Origin: a virus
Direction: 5' to 3' (one strand)
Length of the DNA: 64,000 nucleotides
IMG/VR virus record: IMGVR_UViG_3300038441_001651
Span: 5,934-69,933 of that record
Shown here: piece by piece, positions 29,246 to 37,383 of the stretch
Layout of the letters: the number at the start of each line of letters is the position of its first letter
Position numbering within the stretch: the stretch's first letter is position 1
Notes under the pieces: model-generated
Database searches by the model: none
Told to the model about the DNA's origin: nothing
What the model saw: the letters and a program-made list of their open reading frames with translations, nothing else
Made by a program: the position numbers and the translations under genes

Positions 29246-29542
29246 ATGTTCAAGCAAATCTTCGCAATGATCGCCCAGTTCGCACTGATGCTGACCAACC
29301 TGTTCTCTGCAGGTACCAAGCTGAGCAACGCTGCTGTCCACTCCGCTTCCTGGGTGGAAGGTGCTGCTGAAGGCTTCAACGAGATCGCTACTCTCGAACG
29401 TAACGAGAAACTCGATGCTCTGCGTGGCAAGTACGACATCAACCAGCGCATCCGTGCTGCTGAACAAGCTCTGTCCGCTTCTGATCTGGAAGCCAAGCTC
29501 AAGCTGCTCAAGGCTGAAGCCAAGAACGAAGTAGCTGCGTAA
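29246..29542 (+). CDS. first early gene, N4 gp1-like
   Basis: SD AGGAG; amphipathic N-terminus plus coiled coil; position as first early gene. Confidence 0.6.
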   Translation: MFKQIFAMIAQFALMLTNLFSAGTKLSNAAVHSASWVEGAAEGFNEIATLERNEKLDALRGKYDINQRIRAAEQALSASDLEAKLKLLKAEAKNEVAA

Positions 29543-29588
29543 GTAATCCAACGGGGATCGAAAGGTCCCCAAACCAAGGTGAATAACC

Positions 29589-29675
29589 ATGGCCTTCGAA
29601 TCATCACTCGCAATCCTGTGTTTCCTGTTAGCCACCACGCTGCTCGGTGCACTCTGGTACTCAACTCCTAAATAG
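29589..29675 (+). CDS. 28-aa single-TM peptide
   Basis: MAFESSLAILCFLLATTLLGALWYSTPK; SD AAGGT; followed by terminator. Confidence 0.5.
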   Translation: MAFESSLAILCFLLATTLLGALWYSTPK

Positions 29676-29698
29676 GGGCTGGGTACCAGCTCTTTTTT
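29676..29698 (+). terminator. intrinsic terminator
   Basis: GGGCTGG-GTA-CCAGCTC-TTTTTT. Confidence 0.7.
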
Positions 29699-29932
29699 AA
29701 GAGCACACACGAAGCACACATCAAAAGCACACAATCCTTCCCCTTTAGACAGTAGGTGAGGAAGATCCCTTTCTTCCCTTCCCCTTTCAGTCAGATTCCC
29801 CTACATGTGAGGGAGAGTGAGGGAGATTGGAGGTGAAACAGTGTGTTTGCAGTGAGTTTGACCTGCAATTGTCCCTTTCCTACATCCTATCAACCTTCCC
29901 CTTCATTCCGATACCTAACGGTAGACTATCGT

Positions 29933-29950
29933 TCACCTTCGGTGCTGTAA
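29933..29950 (+). promoter_or_regulatory. vRNAP-type hairpin promoter P-c
   Basis: TCACC-TTC-GGTGC-TGTA-A directly upstream of paralog array A. Confidence 0.65.
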
Positions 29951-29971
29951 TAGACAACCTTGGAGGTATTT

Positions 29972-30199
29972 ATGGACTATCTGCTGTTACCTAACGGAAC
30001 TGTGCTGGCACTGAAAGCATTGGACAGTGTTCCTTCTGTTATAAGGCGTGCCAATGAACAACGTGCTATATGTACCTATTGGTACGTCGCAGAGAATGAT
30101 CAATGGTGTTGTGCCTTCAATGAAGCGCGTGGAGGCATTGCAATTGATCGCTCCTGTGTACCTGATGTTGTATTGCTTGCACATACGATGGTGACTTAA
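29972..30199 (+). CDS. early paralog family member 1
   Basis: SD GGAGG; MDYLLLPNGTV...VPDVVLLAHTMVT. Confidence 0.8.
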   Translation: MDYLLLPNGTVLALKALDSVPSVIRRANEQRAICTYWYVAENDQWCCAFNEARGGIAIDRSCVPDVVLLAHTMVT

Positions 30200-30442
30200 A
30201 TGGAATACATGCTGCTGGCTGATGGTACGGTGAAGTCTTTCCCGTGCCTATCTACAGGCACTCAGATCCTTGAAGCTTTGAAAGCCCATAACGGAGTTAG
30301 CCATTACTGGTGGGACGGTGTTTACGAGAACACTTGGCGGGTGTGGCATATAACCCACCAAATTGGTGCCCGTAATGGTGGTTTCCCTGTAAAAGAAGAA
30401 GATGTCCCTGAAGTTATCAAACTTGCTCGAGTGCTGGAGTAA
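30200..30442 (+). CDS. early paralog family member 2
   Basis: MEYMLLADGTV...VPEVIKLARVLE. Confidence 0.8.
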   Translation: MEYMLLADGTVKSFPCLSTGTQILEALKAHNGVSHYWWDGVYENTWRVWHITHQIGARNGGFPVKEEDVPEVIKLARVLE

Positions 30443-30444
30443 CT

Positions 30445-30690
30445 ATGGCTGACTATTTGTACTTTGCTGATGGCACTGCCGAAGCTGTTGAAGAACTCGA
30501 TATGCGAGCCCTGCGTGAGCGTATGCATATGCGTAGTGCTGAAGCCACTTACTGGGTGTTTGCGAATGATGAGACCCAGAAGGCTGGTTGGGTCATGTGT
30601 ACTATGCGTATGGCCACCAACCGCAGCATAACAGAAGATGAAGTGCCTGAATCTGTACGCATGCTGCACTTAATTGCAGGAGGCTGCTGA
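30445..30690 (+). CDS. early paralog family member 3
   Basis: MADYLYFADGTA...VPESVRMLHLIAGGC. Confidence 0.8.
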   Translation: MADYLYFADGTAEAVEELDMRALRERMHMRSAEATYWVFANDETQKAGWVMCTMRMATNRSITEDEVPESVRMLHLIAGGC

Positions 30691-30951
30691 ATGGAAGCTG
30701 AGTACCTGCTGAAAGCCAATGGCGAAGTCCTTGTCATAGCGGCCTCTGCGAACTGGGAGCAGCTACAGATGCTGCTCACCCTCACAGGTGCCCATTCGTA
30801 TTGGTTCCCGCGGTGGAATGATGAAGATGAGCCAGATAGCCTATATCGGGACTCGTGGGGCATGTTCCTGCCTGGGGACGATAGTTATGCCATCGTAAAA
30901 ACCCCGCAAGTACCTGAAGTTATACGCCTAGCCCATCTAATGGTGGGCTGA
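30691..30951 (+). CDS. early paralog family member 4
   Basis: MEAEYLLKANGEV...VPEVIRLAHLMVG. Confidence 0.8.
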   Translation: MEAEYLLKANGEVLVIAASANWEQLQMLLTLTGAHSYWFPRWNDEDEPDSLYRDSWGMFLPGDDSYAIVKTPQVPEVIRLAHLMVG

Positions 30952-30966
30952 CCTTCGGTCATGTGA
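30949..30966 (+). promoter_or_regulatory. vRNAP-type hairpin promoter P-d
   Basis: TGACC-TTC-GGTCA-TGTG-A, overlapping the preceding stop codon. Confidence 0.7.
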
Positions 30967-30997
30967 CGAAAGTTAAACCAAATAAACAGGAGTTCAA

Positions 30998-31297
30998 ATG
31001 TTCTTTGAAGCTATCTTCACCATCTGCATGACCGACCCTGCGACTGAAGTTACTACTTGTCGCATCATGGTCACTGAAATGACTCAGCTCGCCAGTTCTA
31101 ACACTCAATGTGTGCAAAAAGCTGAGATGTTGTCCAAGAGTGTGGGCGCTGCTGCACGTAAGCAGTTCCCACAACTGAAGTTCAGCGGTGAGGCTGTGTA
31201 CTGTGGCAGTACCGCTACTTACACCGAAAGTATCACCAAACTAGTCAAGTCGGGCTATGAAATGTCCGGCTTCAAGTATGTACAGGAGCGGTTCTGA
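30998..31297 (+). CDS. hypothetical early protein (possible signal peptide, Cys pairs)
   Basis: SD AGGAG; MFFEAIFTICM start. Confidence 0.7.
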   Translation: MFFEAIFTICMTDPATEVTTCRIMVTEMTQLASSNTQCVQKAEMLSKSVGAAARKQFPQLKFSGEAVYCGSTATYTESITKLVKSGYEMSGFKYVQERF

Positions 31298-31566
31298 TGA
31301 AACCAAGTGAAATGATCCAAGCTGCTATCGACAGTGGTATCTACAAAAGCAGTCTTTACATGTGCAACGCTGTAAAGAATTTGCCGGGCGCGCGGTACCT
31401 AGATGTATGTGATTGTCAAATGGCCATCACTAAACGCATTTATCCGTTTGCTACGCTGCCTGCGTACATCGCACATCGTGATGGCATGAAGGGATACCCA
31501 AACTACCAACAGCGTGTGGAGTTTTGGCTGGAGTTCATCGAAGAACTGAAAAAGCAAAACCGATAA
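31297..31566 (+). CDS. hypothetical early protein
   Basis: TGATG overlap, 89 aa. Confidence 0.7.
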   Translation: MKPSEMIQAAIDSGIYKSSLYMCNAVKNLPGARYLDVCDCQMAITKRIYPFATLPAYIAHRDGMKGYPNYQQRVEFWLEFIEELKKQNR

Positions 31567-31645
31567 TCTAAAAATGCAAATTTGACGATTTCGGCGAGAA
31601 AAACGATAAACCAAAGGGATAGATTCCCGCAGTTGAGGTATAGCA

Positions 31646-31846
31646 ATGCCGTTCCCACTCTATGCAATCCTCGTTGCCCTTTCCGTTGTGGCCTGTATCG
31701 AAATATGCGTTAGCTTTCTCGAATGGGTCCAAGAAAACTGGTATGGCCCACACCCGAACACAAAACCGTATCAGTGGAAGCGCATGTGCATCATTGCGCT
31801 GGTGCTGATCACTACCATGCTGTTGTTCAAGTGGGGTCAGCCATGA
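31646..31846 (+). CDS. small two-TM membrane protein
   Basis: SD GAGGT; two hydrophobic segments. Confidence 0.65.
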   Translation: MPFPLYAILVALSVVACIEICVSFLEWVQENWYGPHPNTKPYQWKRMCIIALVLITTMLLFKWGQP

Positions 31847-32145
31847 TCAAGCTGCATGAGGTGCCGCCGGATATCTACGCAGAGCACCTTGCCCACCAGA
31901 AGTCCCAGGTTGCCCGGGCATTGCGGCTGTATGTGCGCACGAAGGGCTTCACCTACAGGCATGGCGCCTACCTCGTAGGCTGCAGCTATAACGCCTTCGG
32001 CCATGTCATGCGTGGTGAGGAGTGGAGGGTATCCTTCGACCTCATCTTCCGTATGGCTACCGTGTTCGGTATCAAAATCCACATTGGGGTGTCTCTGCCC
32101 CAGAACGATGTAACCTGTAAGACCGCTGGCCCTTCGGGCCTGTAA
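31843..32145 (+). CDS. XRE-like helix-turn-helix protein
   Basis: ATGA overlap; FTYRHGAYLVGCSYNAFGHVMRG..VSFDLIFRMATVFG fits an XRE HTH pattern. Confidence 0.6.
   Translation: MIKLHEVPPDIYAEHLAHQKSQVARALRLYVRTKGFTYRHGAYLVGCSYNAFGHVMRGEEWRVSFDLIFRMATVFGIKIHIGVSLPQNDVTCKTAGPSGL
32128..32145 (+). promoter_or_regulatory. vRNAP-type hairpin promoter P-e
   Basis: GGCCC-TTC-GGGCC-TGTA-A. Confidence 0.7.
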
Positions 32146-32200
32146 AGGCATACGTCTGCCACAAAATCCCTTTCTGATCCAATATTCTGGAGTATTTCCC

Positions 32201-32542
32201 ATGGCCGTTACCCGTAACCAAGATCGCAACAACGCCCCTGCTGCCCGTACTGAGCGTGAGCCAAGCCAAGCCAAGAAGACCCTAGGCTTCTTCAACATCA
32301 ACATCCCTACCGTCGGCGGTACACCGATCCGCGTCGATGCTGTACGCCTGATGGAAGGCACCAAGGTGCATGAGCAGCTGGCTGCATACCTCGGCTGCAC
32401 TCGCCCCGGCGACGAGAAGTTGCAAGGTGAAGAGCTGGTGGCCGAGAAGGCCAAGCGTCTGGCTGAAGTGGTCTCCAAGCTGGAGTTCAGCTTCAACCCA
32501 ACCCGTACCGAAGAAGAGTCCCTGCTGGCTCTCGGCGTCTGA
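32201..32542 (+). CDS. possible N4 gp2-like ssDNA-binding RNAPII activator
   Basis: SD GGAG, high-expression codon usage, own hairpin promoter and downstream UUCG hairpin (32550-32573); only weak recalled resemblance to N4 gp2. Confidence 0.4.
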   Translation: MAVTRNQDRNNAPAARTEREPSQAKKTLGFFNINIPTVGGTPIRVDAVRLMEGTKVHEQLAAYLGCTRPGDEKLQGEELVAEKAKRLAEVVSKLEFSFNPTRTEEESLLALGV

Positions 32543-32594
32543 CCTACCTGGCCACTACCTTCGGGTGGTGGCCTACCTTTTGGAGAGCAATCCA

Positions 32595-32681
32595 ATGGTA
32601 AAGATCATCGCTTCGTGCATGCTTCGCGTAACCCTGTACCTTTCCGTCTGCATTTCCCTCTTTGCACTGTTTATTAACTAA
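32595..32681 (+). CDS. 28-aa hydrophobic peptide
   Basis: MVKIIASCMLRVTLYLSVCISLFALFIN; SD GGAG. Confidence 0.45.
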   Translation: MVKIIASCMLRVTLYLSVCISLFALFIN

Positions 32682-32691
32682 GGAGCTTCAA

Positions 32692-33432
32692 ATGTTCGGT
32701 GAAATCATTCAACTCGTTCCTCACATGGTCGGTTACGGCTTCACTGTGCTGCTTTCGTTGCTGGTGGGTTACCATCTGCGCGAAAAGCGGCATGAGGTTA
32801 ACCTGAATGCGGCAATCGCCAACTTCGAAGAAGGCTGTGCTGGTCTTCGCGCAATAAACCAAGAGAATCTGAAGATCGAGCGCGCTGTGCGGCGTGAGCT
32901 GGAAATCTCCGTACTCAAGTGCGGTGAATCCATTGAAAAGATGGCTCAAGAGCTGGAAGCTGAGAAGAGGCGTGCTGACTTCAACGATGGCTTCCGTAGG
33001 GCAATTGTTGAACCATTGGTAGCCCTACGTCTATGGAATACTGGAAACATGGATGTTCGCCCGTCTTCACTGCTCAATGTGCTTGTAGCGCACGCCGAAG
33101 ACTGTGTATTGAACCCCGAAATGAGCAAACGAGCGAAGAACCTGTTCATTCGTGGTGTACGTAAGGGCGCCAAGCAAGGGCGTGAGCAGATGGCCAAGCT
33201 GATGCAGAAGTCCATCGACAATCAGGCTGCGACCATCGAAAGCTATGGCCGTGCTTACCAGATTGCTGAAAAGCGTCGTGCTTTGTTCCGTATTGGTGTG
33301 AATAACGTCCTGAAGGACAAGATTGGTCTGCCTGCTGTACGCCGTAGCATACTGAATGGTATCGCAGAGGAAGTAGCACGTCTGCATGACGTGGAAGCGC
33401 GTAAAGAACTCACCAAAGCTCAAGGAGAATAA
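32692..33432 (+). CDS. membrane-anchored coiled-coil protein
   Basis: SD AAGGAG; N-terminal TM then coiled coil. Confidence 0.75.
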   Translation: MFGEIIQLVPHMVGYGFTVLLSLLVGYHLREKRHEVNLNAAIANFEEGCAGLRAINQENLKIERAVRRELEISVLKCGESIEKMAQELEAEKRRADFNDGFRRAIVEPLVALRLWNTGNMDVRPSSLLNVLVAHAEDCVLNPEMSKRAKNLFIRGVRKGAKQGREQMAKLMQKSIDNQAATIESYGRAYQIAEKRRALFRIGVNNVLKDKIGLPAVRRSILNGIAEEVARLHDVEARKELTKAQGE

Positions 33433-33434
33433 CT

Positions 33435-33743
33435 GTGGAAGAAGCACTGATGATCGCGTTTGTCGCCCTGTTTATCCTGACCGTTGTCAAATTCGGTCGG
33501 GTTCTGTCGCAAAGCCAGAAAGGGAGTGAGATTCACGAATTACTGGGCATGAAGTTGGAAATTGTGCACCAGATGCTGGGGAATTTCCCACAAAAGCGTG
33601 AAACCATCTGGTGTGATGGCGTCAAAGATGCTCAACAGCATCTCAATGCTCGTATTCGTGCTGGTATCGCACATGCCTCGCTCTATGAGCGGGGTAAGCG
33701 CACTCACCGCATGAATCATGACGGTATCTTGGTGCCGGTATGA
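33435..33743 (+). CDS. hypothetical membrane-anchored protein
   Basis: SD AAGGAG, GTG start, N-terminal TM. Confidence 0.7.
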   Translation: MEEALMIAFVALFILTVVKFGRVLSQSQKGSEIHELLGMKLEIVHQMLGNFPQKRETIWCDGVKDAQQHLNARIRAGIAHASLYERGKRTHRMNHDGILVPV

Positions 33744-34162
33744 CCAAAAATACCAATAAAGAAGGTATGGCACAGGAGCGTCTGCTTAAAGGCGTTCCTG
33801 ATGAAGAAATGGCGCAATTTTGCGATGTCTGGGCAAAAACGGCAGACCCTATGTACTCGACAAATAACGTGGTACCTCGTGCGTACATTGAACAGGAAGT
33901 GATAGTTGCTGCTTTCAAAAATGGTGTCGTACTAGAGACCGAGACCAAAGCCCGGTTTAAGCTGGGTGACTGGGCTCAAGCTGCACATAAGAAGCACGGG
34001 CCTTGCCGCGTGATTGCCTTTAAACCAGGTGAGCTGATGTGGCGTGAGGTACGCTGGAAGAATGCCAACAGCGGTACTCTGTACCGTAGGCCTTCCTTCA
34101 TGACGCTCAATCCTGCGCAAGTGCCTCAAGAGCTACAGCTTGCTGCATTAATGTTGGGGTAG
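33740..34162 (+). CDS. early paralog family member 5 (N-terminally extended)
   Basis: Ends VPQELQLAALMLG. Confidence 0.75.
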   Translation: MTKNTNKEGMAQERLLKGVPDEEMAQFCDVWAKTADPMYSTNNVVPRAYIEQEVIVAAFKNGVVLETETKARFKLGDWAQAAHKKHGPCRVIAFKPGELMWREVRWKNANSGTLYRRPSFMTLNPAQVPQELQLAALMLG

Positions 34163-34164
34163 TT

Positions 34165-34413
34165 ATGGAATATCGTTACTTCTTTACCAAAGACGGCGCA
34201 ATCCAAGGGGTTGAGACGCTTAATGTAACGACCTCGTTCATATACTTGCAGAACATAGGTCAAATGTACGAAGGGTGCCACTGCTGGGCTAAGTTAGGGA
34301 ATACCACATGGTATTCCTGCCCAGCTGCGGGCTTTGCGTTCACCCGCATGGAAGCTCACCAATCATGGGAAGAAGTCCCTGATTACGTTCGAATGGCAGA
34401 GGCTTTGTTATGA
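34165..34413 (+). CDS. early paralog family member 6
   Basis: MEYRYFFTKDGAI...VPDYVRMAEALL. Confidence 0.8.
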   Translation: MEYRYFFTKDGAIQGVETLNVTTSFIYLQNIGQMYEGCHCWAKLGNTTWYSCPAAGFAFTRMEAHQSWEEVPDYVRMAEALL

Positions 34414-34640
34414 GTCTGACTGTTTTCATCAACTGTGGTAACGCATGTGAGGTGCGCGACATCCCTGAGTTTGACTGGAAGGCTCTGGACGCAGTTTGTG
34501 CAGAGTTTTCTGAGAATCACCTATGGGCGCACCTGAGTACGCAAGGATGGTGTATCTACTCCCGTGTTCATAAGCGCTGGAAGGTTATAGCATCCAGTGC
34601 TGTACCGGAAATCATCAAAATGGCGAGGTTGCTGCATTGA
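34410..34640 (+). CDS. early paralog family member 7
   Basis: Ends VPEIIKMARLLH. Confidence 0.8.
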   Translation: MSLTVFINCGNACEVRDIPEFDWKALDAVCAEFSENHLWAHLSTQGWCIYSRVHKRWKVIASSAVPEIIKMARLLH

Positions 34641-34882
34641 TCGGCCCTTGGTACGTAGTTCGTGATGGAGACATCATTGACGTGCTTGAAAAGGCAACGC
34701 TCGACTCTAAGGGGTGGATAAACTACCGAAAACGCATAAGCGAGCATGAAAATGCAGTAGCTTGGAAAAAAGACAAAGAAGGATGCTGGCATAGCTTACG
34801 AAGCTCTGATGCTCTTAATGGGCATTGGGTATCCTTCGTTACCCCACCAACTTGTGTAAAAATGGCGGATATTCTGCAATGA
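34637..34882 (+). CDS. early paralog family member 8
   Basis: TTG start overlapping stop; WYVVRDGDII...PPTCVKMADILQ. Confidence 0.7.
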   Translation: MIGPWYVVRDGDIIDVLEKATLDSKGWINYRKRISEHENAVAWKKDKEGCWHSLRSSDALNGHWVSFVTPPTCVKMADILQ

Positions 34883-35139
34883 CTACGTGGTATATCATAG
34901 AAGACGACATTATTGTGCACGTTTTCTCTGCTTCGGCGCACGGAGAAGTCAGTACGTTTGATAGGCGGGAAATACTACGCAAGAGTTATCCTAACGCCAC
35001 AGCATGGCTCTGCAAGCCTTGGCTTGATGAGGAACTACGCTGGTACTCGCTCCCATGCAAATATGCGCACATGGCTTTGTGGGATCACGCACAACCTCCC
35101 GAAGTTTTACAAATGGCTAAATTACTGGAGATTTCGTAA
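34879..35139 (+). CDS. early paralog family member 9
   Basis: MTTWYIIEDDII...PPEVLQMAKLLEIS. Confidence 0.75.
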   Translation: MTTWYIIEDDIIVHVFSASAHGEVSTFDRREILRKSYPNATAWLCKPWLDEELRWYSLPCKYAHMALWDHAQPPEVLQMAKLLEIS

Positions 35140-35573
35140 TGAAAGAACTGAAACGTGGTGACATGATGGAAGTTTTCGGTGAAGTGGATCACTTCATCGT
35201 TGCTGTGGGGAGTAAGCTGCGTAGCGAAACCAAAGAGCTGATTATGCTCAACGGTCTCTCCGGGGTTCTGGGTACTAAATACCCTACCCTACCGGCTGCT
35301 ATGGGAAAGTGGATCGCTGAGACCTGTGGTGATGGCGGTGCCTTCTACCTGCGTTGCGCAGGCAAGGTGGGCATCATACAGAACATGGATCTGCCTCGCA
35401 ATGGGGTGAACCTCTCCTACATCGGAGCTGGTGTGCTCATGCTGTCCCAGCTGGCACGCCTGCACTCCGAGAAGAAGTACGCCCTCGAATGGCCTGGCCA
35501 CACCGAGCCTGAGTGGTTGCTGAAGAACATGTTCGATAAGCTGCCGGCTAACGTGGAGGTCTGGAAGCCATGA
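35139..35573 (+). CDS. degenerate macrodomain-like protein
   Basis: KRGDMMEV, DHFIVAV, LIMLNGLSGVLGTKYP follow the macrodomain GD / beta / MGxGxA..YP layout with substitutions; GC-richer codons than flanking paralogs. Confidence 0.45.
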   Translation: MKELKRGDMMEVFGEVDHFIVAVGSKLRSETKELIMLNGLSGVLGTKYPTLPAAMGKWIAETCGDGGAFYLRCAGKVGIIQNMDLPRNGVNLSYIGAGVLMLSQLARLHSEKKYALEWPGHTEPEWLLKNMFDKLPANVEVWKP

Positions 35574-35806
35574 TCAGGGGCGCGGTGTCAATCCTGTTCA
35601 ACCCCGTTACCCTTACCGTAGAGCGCTTCCACGAAGGCTGGCTCAGGACAGCCGAATGGGGCGCCAACACCCTCTATTACCTAACTGGGTTTGGGGAAGG
35701 TGAGCCGGGCCGCTGGTTTTACTACAGCAGCGAGCACGACGGCCGTGACATCAAGTTCGACAACATGCCGGAGGAGGTGCGCTTGGCGTACCTGTTAAGC
35801 CAATGA
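35570..35806 (+). CDS. early paralog family member 10
   Basis: Ends MPEEVRLAYLLSQ. Confidence 0.8.
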   Translation: MIRGAVSILFNPVTLTVERFHEGWLRTAEWGANTLYYLTGFGEGEPGRWFYYSSEHDGRDIKFDNMPEEVRLAYLLSQ

Positions 35807-36066
35807 ATGCTGTAGATCCTTGGGGTAATCCTTATCCCATAAGCAAGTTTGAACCCGTATCAATTACATGGGACTACGTGAACGAGGTTGTGGTGGAAAA
35901 GAACCACTTCAGCCTGTTCTCTACTACGTGGGAGTTTCTATATTCCCCGCAGGACCCTTTCGCCATCTCTGAGTGGAAGGTTTGCCGTTGTCCGGGCGAT
36001 GAATCTTGGGTGCATGAGAGCGACGTGCCCGAAATGGTTCGAATGGCCTTATTGGTGTGCACATGA
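35803..36066 (+). CDS. early paralog family member 11
   Basis: Ends VPEMVRMALLVCT. Confidence 0.8.
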   Translation: MNAVDPWGNPYPISKFEPVSITWDYVNEVVVEKNHFSLFSTTWEFLYSPQDPFAISEWKVCRCPGDESWVHESDVPEMVRMALLVCT

Positions 36067-36278
36067 AAGCAAAACAGATTGGTTTCTGCCGAGTTACTCA
36101 AAGTTTGGTCACGGATAGTAAGATTCTGGATATTCCGTATCTTCAAGATGATATGGATGTTTACAGCAAGACCTCCATGGGCCCTTGGAAGGTATGGGCG
36201 CCTGAGTACCAGTGTTACAAGATCATTCACGAAAATGAGGTCCCTGACGTAGTTAAAATGGGGGTAATGCTGCTATGA
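36063..36278 (+). CDS. early paralog family member 12
   Basis: Ends VPDVVKMGVMLL. Confidence 0.8.
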   Translation: MKAKQIGFCRVTQSLVTDSKILDIPYLQDDMDVYSKTSMGPWKVWAPEYQCYKIIHENEVPDVVKMGVMLL

Positions 36279-36526
36279 GTCGTGTTCCTATTATCTTTAA
36301 CAGCGTAAGCCAGAAAGTTATTCGTATAGAAAGCCTGCCTGAGCATAATCTAATTCCTGATGAATACTTTCATGAAGTTGATATAAACGGGGAACTTACA
36401 CTGTACGTGCATGTGACCGGACGAAAAGATAGTAAGGAGTGGCTGTGCTGGAACAAAAGGGCACAAGAATGGTTCCATTTTCCTAATCCGCATGAGCAAA
36501 TCAAGCTTGCGAGGATGTTGGTATGA
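36275..36526 (+). CDS. early paralog family member 13
   Basis: Ends PHEQIKLARMLV. Confidence 0.75.
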   Translation: MSRVPIIFNSVSQKVIRIESLPEHNLIPDEYFHEVDINGELTLYVHVTGRKDSKEWLCWNKRAQEWFHFPNPHEQIKLARMLV

Positions 36527-36810
36527 AACGTGTACCTCACGTAACAAATAATGAACATATGGCCATCTACACCCTTGTGTTGGTCATTAATGGGCTGCCA
36601 GAGGTGTATAGGAACGAGCGAATTGACAATATCATCAATGAAACTCGCGTAGCCTACATAGAAGATCCTTTTATGCTTTGCTATATAAAAGACTCTAAGG
36701 GTTGGCGTAAAGGTGAGTGGTTTCATTCACAGAGACGATACTTCTGGGACTCTGTAGCAAACAACTCAGTTCCTGACATTATCCTACTTGCGGAGATGGT
36801 TGCACCATGA
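36523..36810 (+). CDS. early paralog family member 14
   Basis: Ends VPDIILLAEMVAP. Confidence 0.8.
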   Translation: MKRVPHVTNNEHMAIYTLVLVINGLPEVYRNERIDNIINETRVAYIEDPFMLCYIKDSKGWRKGEWFHSQRRYFWDSVANNSVPDIILLAEMVAP

Positions 36811-37097
36811 GTGCCTTGTGGGTCATCTTGAATGATGACAAAACGGAAGTTATTGAGGTGTTTACCTCTGAAGATTCAAATTCACAACCTTTTCAGGAGA
36901 AGTTCAAGAAACATAAAGCAGGCACCGTCTTTTGTCGCCGAGCCGAGACTTATAGCGTAAGAGTTAACTGGTATTACAGCATGCATGTCTGGCATGACGT
37001 AACAAGGTGGGGTTACGGTGAGCCTGACCTGATTACATGGTCTGCATGCTATATCATCCCTGAAATAATCAAAATGTTGGAGATCGTAAGCCAATGA
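36807..37097 (+). CDS. early paralog family member 15
   Basis: Ends IPEIIKMLEIVSQ. Confidence 0.8.
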   Translation: MSALWVILNDDKTEVIEVFTSEDSNSQPFQEKFKKHKAGTVFCRRAETYSVRVNWYYSMHVWHDVTRWGYGEPDLITWSACYIIPEIIKMLEIVSQ

Positions 37098-37360
37098 TGA
37101 AAGCTTTCAATGTGATAAACGGGGAACTGGTTGCCGTAGTAACTTCCGCAGGCTTCGACATGACAGCTACTGGTTTAGAGTTAGCGTTCCCCCACGGTAA
37201 AGTTTACCGTTGGGTATCTTCACTACCGATCGACTTTATCCCGTGGCGTGTCCTGGTGCGTAAGTTTCATAAGCATGGAAGAGATTACTATGGGACATTA
37301 ATGCCCATAAAAGAAGTCGATTTACCTGAAGTGGTGCGCTTAGCGCACATGGTTTCGTAA
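37094..37360 (+). CDS. early paralog family member 16
   Basis: MMKAFNVINGELV...LPEVVRLAHMVS. Confidence 0.8.
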   Translation: MMKAFNVINGELVAVVTSAGFDMTATGLELAFPHGKVYRWVSSLPIDFIPWRVLVRKFHKHGRDYYGTLMPIKEVDLPEVVRLAHMVS

Positions 37361-37383
37361 GATCAATAAAAGGAGTTATATCC

